Assembly (NCBI GenBank): GCA_963741995.1
Contig: CAVUKI010000003.1
Span: 220,889 to 284,888 of the forward strand
Length of the DNA stretch: 64,000 bases
From: an uncultured Acidimicrobiaceae bacterium
GTDB lineage: Bacteria > Actinomycetota > Acidimicrobiia > Acidimicrobiales > RAAP-2
Reading direction: 5' to 3'
Positions 56,589 through 64,000 of the stretch are shown here, in pieces (within the stretch, counting starts at the first letter, position 1; each line of letters opens with the position of its first letter). Made by a program: the position numbers and the translations under genes. The notes under the pieces were generated by a model. It was not told the origin of the DNA. It searched no databases and was given only the letters and a program-made list of their open reading frames with translations.

Positions 56589-57434
56589 TCAGCCCGCGAG
56601 CCGGGCCAGCAGGGCAAACCGCCCGCACGGCCGCTGCGAGCGGTCGCTGAAGAACGCGTCATCGGACGTGGTGGCGGCGCTGTCGACGATGTGGCCGCTC
56701 GGGACTCCGCATTCGAGGAGCTGTTGGCGGTTGGCGGCGATCAGGTCGACGAGCCAATGACCGGGGCCATCGGCCCGCGCCGCGGTGGGGTGGAGGGCGG
56801 TGGGGCGCACCGCGTCGGACAGTCCCCGGTGCACCTCGTCGGAGACCTGATAGTGGTCCCGATGCACAGCTGGGCCCAGGAACGCGTGCATCCGGCCGAC
56901 GTCTGCGCCGCAGTGCATCATGGTGTGGACGGCCTGTCCGACGGCACCGGCTGCCGTGCCGCGCCAGCCGGCGTGGACGGCGGCCAGGACACCGGCATCG
57001 GGATCGACCAACGCCAGCGGGACACAGTCCGCTACCAGGATGGCGAGCGTGACCTCGGGTGACACGGTGACGAGGATGTCGGTATCGGGAACGGCGTCGT
57101 CTTCCGAGCGGGTGCCGCGGCCCTGATCATCGGGCCCGACGAGCGCGGCGGATGCGCCGTGGACCTGGCGGGCGAAGACCACTCGGTCGAGCGGAACGCC
57201 GAAAGCCGTCGCGGCGCGCACCCGGTTACGCACGACGGTCTCGGGGTCGTCGCCCACATGAAGGCCGAGGTTGAGGGTGTCGTACGGGACAGCGGACCCG
57301 CCGCCGTGCCGGGTTGTCACGGCCACCACGGCGCCAATCTCCTGCGCCTCATTCCAGCGCAGTAACGGGACGGGGGGAGGTGTCGTCACGCTGCGCGACC
57401 CTACCGAGGGCACCGCGCCGGAGGACCCGGCCAC
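56589..57434 (-). CDS. pgeF: YfiH/PgeF-family (DUF152) peptidoglycan editing factor / purine nucleoside phosphorylase-like
   Basis: 281 aa. Conserved VADCVPL and HAGWRGT motifs. Confidence 0.8.
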   Translation of the reverse strand: MAGSSGAVPSVGSRSVTTPPPVPLLRWNEAQEIGAVVAVTTRHGGGSAVPYDTLNLGLHVGDDPETVVRNRVRAATAFGVPLDRVVFARQVHGASAALVGPDDQGRGTRSEDDAVPDTDILVTVSPEVTLAILVADCVPLALVDPDAGVLAAVHAGWRGTAAGAVGQAVHTMMHCGADVGRMHAFLGPAVHRDHYQVSDEVHRGLSDAVRPTALHPTAARADGPGHWLVDLIAANRQQLLECGVPSGHIVDSAATTSDDAFFSDRSQRPCGRFALLARLAG

Positions 57435-57447
57435 GTGCCGGCTCGGG

Positions 57448-57876
57448 CTAGGAGGCCTCGCTTTCGTCCCACAGGGTGGTTGGGACCACCGACAGGAGCG
57501 CCTGACTTCTCGGGGTCACGTAGTTGGCGGGCTGGAGCTCGGCGAAACCGTAGAGCTCGGCCGAGTCGGTCTCGCTCTCCTCGCTGTCGGCCGCCACCGC
57601 GGGCTCCGTGAGCCCGAGCACGGCGGCGAGAGATCGCCCTGCCGTGAGGGCGTCGAACAGCAGATTGAGTGACTCGAGCGAGAACCCCTGCTCCTGCAGG
57701 CGCAGAATGGCCACGAGGCGGGCCCGATGCCCTGCCCCGTAGAGGCCGGTGCGGCCCTGCAGGGTGGGATGGGGGAGCAGCCCGAGGGTCTGCAGCGAGC
57801 GGATGCGCCGGGTGGTGGTGCCGGTGGCCGCGGCCAGGCCGTCGATGGTCAGCAGCTCGGTGGCGGATGGTTCCAC
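57448..57876 (-). CDS. MerR-family transcriptional regulator
   Basis: 142 aa. N-terminal HTH LTIDGLAAATGTTTRRIRSLQTLGLL. GTG start. Confidence 0.8.
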   Translation of the reverse strand: MEPSATELLTIDGLAAATGTTTRRIRSLQTLGLLPHPTLQGRTGLYGAGHRARLVAILRLQEQGFSLESLNLLFDALTAGRSLAAVLGLTEPAVAADSEESETDSAELYGFAELQPANYVTPRSQALLSVVPTTLWDESEAS

Positions 57877-57907
57877 TTGACAAGGATAACACGTATGGAT
57901 GTAACAT
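57877..57907 (+). promoter_or_regulatory. MerR-type promoter: TTGACA, 19-nt spacer, TAACAT
   Basis: A consensus -35 element abuts the merR start codon. The over-long 19-nt spacer is typical of MerR-activated promoters. It faces the MaoC-like gene. Confidence 0.45.
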
Positions 57908-57950
57908 CAAATGTCGTCAGTAACTACGCAACGAACGGATCAGAAGGGGA

Positions 57951-58842
57951 GTGACGATGGGACTGAACCTCAATGCGGTGGGGGCTATCTCAGAGGGTTT
58001 CGAGCGGTCGTGGGATTCCAAGGACGCCCTGCTCTACGCCCTTGGTGTCGGTGCCGGCGCGCTGGACCCAACCGGCTTCGAGCTCGAGTTCACGACGGAG
58101 AATTCCCACGGGGTGACCCAGCGCGTCCTGCCCACGTTCAGCGCCATCGTCGGCCAGGGCGGGGGCCGGGCGGAGATCGGCGACTACGACCCCGCCATGC
58201 TGGTCCACGGGGAGCAGTCCATCCGTCTCTACGGTGAGATCCCGGTGGCGGGGACGGTGTCGGTCACCACGAAGGTCGCGGGCATGTACGACAAGGGCTC
58301 AGCCGCCCTGGTCGTTCTCGAGAGCGAATCGAGGCACACCGGTAACGGTGCACTGGCCTTCACGACTCGGACGGCGCTCTTCATTCGCGGGAATGGCGGT
58401 TTCGGCGGGCCGCGCAATCCGGAGGGCGATGCCGAGAGCGCGCTGGTGGCTGAGCCGTTACCGACGCGCGAACCGGACGATGTGGTGTCCTACGCGGACG
58501 CGCACCGATCAGGCGCTCCTCTACCGATTGAACGGGGACCGCAACCCGCTGCACTCGGACCCCACCTTTGCCAAGCGGGCCGGATTCGACCGCCCGATCC
58601 TCCACGGGCTCTGCACGTATGGCTTCACCGGGCGCGCCTTGCTGCACGCCGTGTGCGGCTCGGACCCGGCGCGCTTCAGCGCCATGCGAGCCCGCTTCTC
58701 CAAGCCGACGTTGCCCGGCGACACGTTGACCGTCTCCCTGTGGGACGTGACGGATCGCATACCGGGGGCGTACCGGTTCCGCACCGAGACGCAACGGGGC
58801 GAGACCGTCATCGACGCCGGCCTGTTGTCGACCGCAGGCTGA
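57951..58842 (+). pseudogene. double hot-dog MaoC-like (R)-specific enoyl-CoA hydratase, frameshift near 58470-58500
   Basis: Frame 1 gives the N-terminal hot-dog domain up to ..REPDDVVSY. Frame 2 continues TRTDQALLYRLNGDRNPLHSDPTFAKRAGFDRPILHGLCTYG (hydratase-2 motif) through to the stop at 58842. Confidence 0.6.
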
Positions 58843-58857
58843 ACGGCTCGAGGTGCC

Positions 58858-59271
58858 TCAGCCTCGACAGTCGGCGCAGACGCCGAAGATCTCGACCGTG
58901 TGCGTCACATCGCTGTAGCCGAGGTCGGAAGCTGTTGTCTCGGCCCACTGCTCGAGGTCCGGGAGCTCCACCTCGGTGCCACGTCCACACTGCCGGCACA
59001 CGACGTGGTGGTGATGGCTGGCGCTGTGGCAGCGGCGGTAGACGAGCTCTCCATCGGCCGTCTGCAGGGCATCGAGCTGGCCCTCGTCCGTGAGCAGGGC
59101 CAGGTGCCGGTAGACCGTGGTCAATCCGACGGTGTCTCCCGAGGCCCGCAGCGCGGCGTGGATGTCCTGGGCGCTGCGGAAAGTGTCCGTGCTCAGCACG
59201 ACGTTGAGCACGGCGTCCCCCTGTCGGGTCCGTCGCGAGGTGCGCGCCGGGTGCTCTGCGTGCTCAACCAC
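58858..59271 (-). CDS. zur: Fur-family metalloregulator, Zur-like
   Basis: 137 aa. wHTH SAQDIHAAL..GLTTVYRHL, HHHHVVCRQCG and CADC zinc sites. Last gene of the znu operon. Confidence 0.75.
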   Translation of the reverse strand: MVEHAEHPARTSRRTRQGDAVLNVVLSTDTFRSAQDIHAALRASGDTVGLTTVYRHLALLTDEGQLDALQTADGELVYRRCHSASHHHHVVCRQCGRGTEVELPDLEQWAETTASDLGYSDVTHTVEIFGVCADCRG

Positions 59272-60127
59272 GGGTCAACTCTGCCAGGTCCGGTGCGGCG
59301 AACCGGTCTCTCCGTCGGGAGGCGATGGCCGGACCGGTGAGCCGGGCCACGACGTAGAACGCAAAGCTGATCGCCACAATCAGCACGCTCGGCTTGACCG
59401 TCGGAAACTGAAAGCTGAGCAGGAGTCCGCCGTCGGCCGCGAGCACGGCGATGACGACGGAGAGCACTGTGACCACGAACGGGTTCGCACTCAAGCGTTG
59501 CGCCGCCGCGGCCGGGGTGATGGCCAGGCTGAGCACCAGCAACGTGCCCACGATCTGCGCCGCCTCGGTCACGGTGACGGCGAGGATGAAAAGAAACACG
59601 ATCCCCAACACGCCGGTGGGCACACCGCTGGCCCGGGCGACATCGGGGTCGACCGAAGCGAACAGCAGGGGCCGCCGGATGACGGTGAGGGTGACGGCCA
59701 CCACCACGGCGATGACGCCGAGGAGGAGGATCTGGCCCGAGCTGATGCCGAAGATGTTGCCGAAGAGGATGTTCAGCGCCTCGCTGGCGTAGCCGTGGTA
59801 GTAGCCGAGCAGGAACACGCCGAGGCCGAGTCCCGCCGCCAGGATGACGCCGATGGTGGAGTCGCGCTCAGCGGCTCGCTGCCCCAGCAGGCCGATGAGC
59901 GCGGCCACGACGAGCGCGCCGACGAGCGCGCCGGCGAGCGGGTTGTCGGCGACGAGCAACCCGCCGACCGCTCCGGTGAAGGCGAGCTCGCTGGTGCCGT
60001 GGACGGCGAAGGACATGGTGCGGGTGATGACGAACGGGCCGATGAGCCCGCAGCTGACGGCGACCAGGAAGGCCGCCTCGAGCGCGTGCTGGGCGAAGCC
60101 GAACTGAAGGTAGAACCCGATGCTCAT
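59264..60127 (-). CDS. znuB: metal (zinc/manganese) ABC transporter permease
   Basis: 287 aa from ATG 60127, hydrophobic and of the ABC-3 type. The start shares one nucleotide with the znuC stop (TAATG). Confidence 0.8.
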   Translation of the reverse strand: MSIGFYLQFGFAQHALEAAFLVAVSCGLIGPFVITRTMSFAVHGTSELAFTGAVGGLLVADNPLAGALVGALVVAALIGLLGQRAAERDSTIGVILAAGLGLGVFLLGYYHGYASEALNILFGNIFGISSGQILLLGVIAVVVAVTLTVIRRPLLFASVDPDVARASGVPTGVLGIVFLFILAVTVTEAAQIVGTLLVLSLAITPAAAAQRLSANPFVVTVLSVVIAVLAADGGLLLSFQFPTVKPSVLIVAISFAFYVVARLTGPAIASRRRDRFAAPDLAELTRG

Positions 60128-60948
60128 TAGTGCGCGTGCCCATGATCGTGGTGCGCGTGGGCGCCTGGTTCGGTGGGAAGTTCGTCCTCGGCGCTGACGA
60201 CGAGGTAGCGGTCGCGCACCCGGATGACCTCGACGTCGATGCCGTAGAGATCGCTGAGCTTCTCGCTCGTGAGGATCTCGGCGGGCGCGCCGATGGCCCA
60301 TTTGCCGCGCACGAGGTAGAGGATGCGGTCGACATAGGGCAGCACGGGGTTGACCTCGTGCGTGACGAAGATGACGGGCGTCCCGGCCTGGCGGCGGCGC
60401 TCGTCGATGAGTCGGGTCACCGCGCGCTGGCTGGCCAGGTCGAGGGCGAGCAGCGGCTCGTCGCACAGCAGGACCTTGGGATCGCCCAGGAGCGCCTGGG
60501 CGATGCGCAGGCGTTGCTGCTCCCCGCCCGAGAGCAGCCCGACGGGAGCATCGGCGTAGGCGCCGGCGCCGACCGCCTCGAGGGCCTCCTCGACTCTTTC
60601 CCTGATGGCCCGGGCGCGACGCGGCAGTCCCCAGTGGTGGCCGTCGATGCCGAAGCGGACGAGGTCGCGGCCGCGGATGGGCAGGGAGCGGTCGAAGGCC
60701 TGCTGCTGGGGCACGTACCCGAGCTCGTGGTTGCCCAGCCGCGGCGCCGCGCCGTTCACGCGCACCGTGCCGGCCGACAGCGGGACGAGGCCGAGCAGAA
60801 CCTTGAGGAGTGTGGTCTTGCCGACACCGTTGGGGCCCAGCACCGCCAGGAACTCACCCTCGGCGACACTGAGCTCGAGCTCCGACCACAGTTCGCGCGA
60901 CCCCATGCGGACGGCGGCGTGCCGCAGCTCGACGAGCGGCTCGGTCAC
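60127..60948 (-). CDS. znuC: metal ABC transporter ATP-binding protein with a His-rich C-terminal tail
   Basis: GTG 60948 overlaps the znuA stop. Walker A GPNGVGKTT, signature LSGGEQQR and tail GAHAHHDHGHAH. Confidence 0.8.
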   Translation of the reverse strand: MTEPLVELRHAAVRMGSRELWSELELSVAEGEFLAVLGPNGVGKTTLLKVLLGLVPLSAGTVRVNGAAPRLGNHELGYVPQQQAFDRSLPIRGRDLVRFGIDGHHWGLPRRARAIRERVEEALEAVGAGAYADAPVGLLSGGEQQRLRIAQALLGDPKVLLCDEPLLALDLASQRAVTRLIDERRRQAGTPVIFVTHEVNPVLPYVDRILYLVRGKWAIGAPAEILTSEKLSDLYGIDVEVIRVRDRYLVVSAEDELPTEPGAHAHHDHGHAH

Positions 60949-61874
60949 GGGTTGCGGCTCGACTCGAGCGCGCGGAGCAGCTTGGTCAGCTGGGACTGCT
61001 GCCACTGCTGGTAGGTGGCGGCGCCGGCGGGCATCGTCTCGGACACGCCGACGATGGGGATGCCGTGTTGGCGGGCCAAGGCACGGATCTGCGCGGTGAC
61101 CGGTGTGACGGTTTGCACGTTGTAGAGCAGCACGTTGATGTCGTGGTTGTCGAGCAGTCGCTGCATGGCCAGCGTGTCCGCCGGGCTCGGATCGACGCCG
61201 TCCTCGACGGCCCGGGCGAAGCCGGGTGGCGTCACGACGTCGAGACCGGCCACCGCCAGCGCGTAGCCGGGAACCCGCTCGGTGTAGGCGACCGGCACGT
61301 TGTGGAAGTGCTCCTTGATGGTGGCCAGCGTCGCGTTCAGCGGGGCCAACGATGCGTCGAACGTCGCGAGGTTGGTCCTGAAGGTCGCGGTGTCCCGAGG
61401 TGCCGCCTTTTCGAGTGCGGCAGTGATGGCAGCGGCCACCGTCGGCACGCGGGGGATGTCGTACCAGAGGTGGGGGTTGGGGTCGCTCCCGGTGATGTGC
61501 AGCACGGTGGCTGCGTTGACGACCCGCGGGCTCCCGCCGTCCGCCCCCAGGAGCGAGCTCATCCAGGTGTCGTACCCGGCGCCGTTTTCGATCACGACCT
61601 GCGCCTCGGCCAGTGTGGCGGCGTCGGCCGCGTCGGTCTCGAAGAGGTGGGGGTCGGCGTTGGGGTTCGTGATGAGCGACGTCACCTTGACGTCCCGCCC
61701 GCCCAGCTGGCTGGTGATGTTGCCCCAGAAGTTCTCGGCCGCCACGACGTGCACGACGCTGGGAGCACCGCTGCCGGTCGAGGCGCCCGCGCCCGCCTCG
61801 GCTCCGACCACGAGGCCGAGGGCGGTCGCAGTGACGGCGACGAGCAAAACGGGACGGGCAAAATGCGATCTCAT
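60945..61874 (-). CDS. znuA: metal ABC transporter substrate-binding protein (ZnuA/TroA-like)
   Basis: Signal-peptide-like MRSHFARPVLLVAVTATALGL. NPNADPHLFE motif is typical of cluster A-I SBPs. Alternative starts at 61892 (ATG) and 61910 (TTG). Confidence 0.75.
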   Translation of the reverse strand: MRSHFARPVLLVAVTATALGLVVGAEAGAGASTGSGAPSVVHVVAAENFWGNITSQLGGRDVKVTSLITNPNADPHLFETDAADAATLAEAQVVIENGAGYDTWMSSLLGADGGSPRVVNAATVLHITGSDPNPHLWYDIPRVPTVAAAITAALEKAAPRDTATFRTNLATFDASLAPLNATLATIKEHFHNVPVAYTERVPGYALAVAGLDVVTPPGFARAVEDGVDPSPADTLAMQRLLDNHDINVLLYNVQTVTPVTAQIRALARQHGIPIVGVSETMPAGAATYQQWQQSQLTKLLRALESSRNP

Positions 61875-61882
61875 AACGGTAA

Positions 61883-61897
61883 CGGTAATCATTTCGG
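61883..61897. promoter_or_regulatory. possible Zur box CGGTAATCATTTCGG
   Basis: AT-rich imperfect palindrome (core AAT-C-ATT) just upstream of znuA. It resembles the actinobacterial Zur consensus TGAAAATCATTTTCA as I recall it. Confidence 0.25.
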
Positions 61898-62058
61898 ATA
61901 ACGCAAGCAAGGGGCTGTCGTCCGGAGGGTCGTTTCCGCCCTCTGCCTCTCAGAACTCTCAACGGATTCGTTTACAGTCCAAAAAAGACCCACCCGCCGG
62001 GAGACCTGCGACCCGGCACACCAGTTCCCAAGGAACACCAGCCAGGGACGAAGCCGTG

Positions 62059-62879
62059 CTAGCCGCCGAAGAGCAGCGAGTAGTCGGCGCCTCGGCGTAG
62101 GTGATGGCCACCGTCGACGCCGAGGGTCTCCCCGGTGACGAATGACGATTCGGGGCCAATGAGATAGCGCACGGCAGCCGCGACGTCCTCCACGGTGCCG
62201 ACCCGTCCGAGGGGCATCTGTTCGAGGTAGTCGTCGAGGAGCGGCCCGCCCGCGGTGATGAAGGCCATCAGCTCGTCGGCGATGATCCCGGGCGCCACGG
62301 CGTTGACGCGGATGCCGAGCGGGCCGAGCTCCTCGGCCGCGGTCTCGGCCAGGAAGCAGATCCCGGCCTTGGACACCCCGTAGGCCCAGAGGTGCGGATG
62401 GGGGAAGCGGCCGGCGCCCGACGACATCAACACGATCGAACCGGGGCCGCCCTGCGCCTGCATGGCGAGCGCGCCCTGCTTCACGCAGATCACCGAGCCC
62501 GTCAGGTTGAGGTCGATGGTGGCGCGCACCGCGTCGACGTCTGCGGTCAGTACGGAGCCCAAGTGCAGGGAGCCGCCGGCGCAGGCGAACAGGGCGTCGA
62601 TGCGACCGGTGAGAGCGGCGGTGGCGGCCACGGCGGCGGCGACCTGCTCCTCGACGGTCACGTCCGCCACCATGCAGCGGACGGTGGCGCCCGCGGTCGC
62701 CGCTGCGGCGATGCGCTCGCGGCATCCAAAAGCTTCTGCTCGGTACGCCCGCAGATCGTGACGTGGGCGCCGTCAGCGGCGAACCGCTCCGCCGTGGCGA
62801 GCCCGATGCCGCTCCCGCCGCCGGTGACGAGGACCGACCAGCCGGCGATCCCGGTGGAAGAGCTCGGGGCCGCCATCAC
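62059..62879 (-). pseudogene. short-chain dehydrogenase/reductase (SDR), frameshift near 62716-62722
   Basis: ORF 62658..62879 gives VLVTGGGSGIGLATAERFAADGAHVTICGR. ORF 62059..62673 in another frame gives the rest, including the catalytic YGVSK. Confidence 0.6.
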
Positions 62880-64000
62880 ACGGGCCCGACGCCGACCGGC
62901 GCGCTGGGCGTGAAGGCCACGGGCATCTCTTCGATCCCCGAGATGAAGTTGGCCTCCCGTCGGGCCAGGGCGCCGCGCTCGGCCGTCAGGTGCAGATCGG
63001 GGAGCCGGGCCAGCACACGCTCGACCATGACGCGGAGCTCCAGGCGCGCCAGCTGATTGCCCAGGCAGAAGTGGGCACCGAAGCCGAACGCCACGTGCGG
63101 GTTCGGGCTGCGCGTGATGGCGAAGGTGTCCGCATCGTCGAAGACGGCCTCGTCGCGATTGGCCGACGGATACAGGAGGAGCAGCTCCTGTCCGGCCTTG
63201 ATCTGGGCCCCGGCCAGCTCGACGTCACGGGTCGCCACGCGGGCCATGTTCTTGATCGGAGTGACCCAGCGCAGCATCTCCTCGACCGCCCCCGGCAGCA
63301 GGCCGGGATCGGCCGTCAGCATCGCCACCTGGTCCGGGTGGTCGAGGAGCTCCTCGACACCGCCGCTGATGACGTGCCGGGTCGTCTCGTCGCCGCCGAT
63401 CAGGATGAGGAGCGTCTCGTGGACGAGCGAGGCGTGGTCGAGGGAGTCCCCGTCGATCTCGGCGTGGCAGAGCACGCCGACCAGGTCCTCGCTGTTGCCG
63501 GTGGCGCGGCGGTCCTCGAAGACGGGGTGGATGTACTCGGAGTACTCAATGAACGCCTGCATCGCGTTGGTCATGGCATCGGGGTCGGGGGAGCCCTGGC
63601 CCTTGAGCATGTCGTCGGACCAGCGCAACAGGTCGTCGCGGTCGTCGGGGGCCACGCCGAGCATGTCGCCGATCATGATGATGGGCAGCGGCGCCGCGAT
63701 GTCCCGCACGAAGTCGCAACTGCCTTCCTCGCAGACGGTGTCGATGAGGGCGTCGCACACCAGGCGCAGCCGGTCCTCCATGGCCCGCACCCGCTTGGGC
63801 GTGAAGCCCTCCGAGACGAGGCGTCGGCGGCGCACGTGCTCGGGCGCGTCGAAGTCGATCATCATCGGCAGGGGTGGGAACTTGGGCCGGATGCCCCCGG
63901 CATTGGAGAACGACTCGGTGTCGACGGATGCCTGCTTCACGGCGGCGTAGCTGGCCGCGGCCCACAGGTCATTGGGCTGGTCGTAGTAGACGGGGGCGTT
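62876..64000 (-). CDS. cytochrome P450 (5' end beyond the window edge)
   Basis: Haem loop FGFGAHFCLG, ExxR VEEMLRW and I-helix GGDETT. The frame stays open to position 64000. The stop overlaps the SDR start. Confidence 0.85.
   Translation of the reverse strand, partial: NAPVYYDQPNDLWAAASYAAVKQASVDTESFSNAGGIRPKFPPLPMMIDFDAPEHVRRRRLVSEGFTPKRVRAMEDRLRLVCDALIDTVCEEGSCDFVRDIAAPLPIIMIGDMLGVAPDDRDDLLRWSDDMLKGQGSPDPDAMTNAMQAFIEYSEYIHPVFEDRRATGNSEDLVGVLCHAEIDGDSLDHASLVHETLLILIGGDETTRHVISGGVEELLDHPDQVAMLTADPGLLPGAVEEMLRWVTPIKNMARVATRDVELAGAQIKAGQELLLLYPSANRDEAVFDDADTFAITRSPNPHVAFGFGAHFCLGNQLARLELRVMVERVLARLPDLHLTAERGALARREANFISGIEEMPVAFTPSAPVGVGPV

Noticed and set aside
1-64000. CRISPR arrays, IS elements or transposases, integrases, prophage genes, rRNA.
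   Set aside because: I saw no short regularly spaced repeats, no transposase or integrase motifs in any listed ORF, and no rRNA-like conserved stretches. The only long repeat is the 1.24-kb duplication, which carries no mobility gene.

Overview
This is a high-G+C chromosomal window that looks like Actinomycetota, with about 60 genes. I saw no rRNA, CRISPR array, transposase or integrase.

Left flank: tmk-holB; a MacB/FtsX-type ABC pair whose ATPase carries a C-terminal cNMP-binding domain; a 1202-aa SARP/AfsR-type regulator; two tandem stand-alone cNMP-binding proteins; tRNA-Thr(CGT); and an APC-type permease.

Centre (about 10.6-44.6 kb): an island built around two DosR/DevR-like NarL response regulators. 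One is paired with a single-GAF DevS/DosT-like kinase. The other is an orphan sitting next to a vestigial kinase 5' end. The island also contains gap, a four-gene pyruvate:ferredoxin oxidoreductase operon ending in a GltD-like/ferredoxin fusion, PEP synthase, a CoA-transferase, PfkB and ROK kinases, a TreT-like GT4, GNAT-HDAC-USP, two Zn-ADHs, acetate kinase/phosphoketolase, WS/DGAT, USPs and PPOX-family proteins. At least nine transcription units are preceded by a GGGACC-WW-GGTCCC palindrome resembling the mycobacterial DosR box.

A 1.24-kb segment (terminator hairpin, membrane protein, box, 110-aa ORF) occurs twice in direct orientation, at 10648-11886 and 35445-36689. The two copies are identical apart from a 6-bp indel. 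Gene remnants (USP x2, HDAC, sensor kinase, carbamate kinase) and six single-site frameshifts are also present.

Right flank: TetR/MFS efflux units, a CGNR protein, a MurD2/MurL-like pair with PgeF and MerR, znuACB-zur, an SDR and a partial P450.

All product calls rest on recognising motifs and families by eye. No database search or computation was run.
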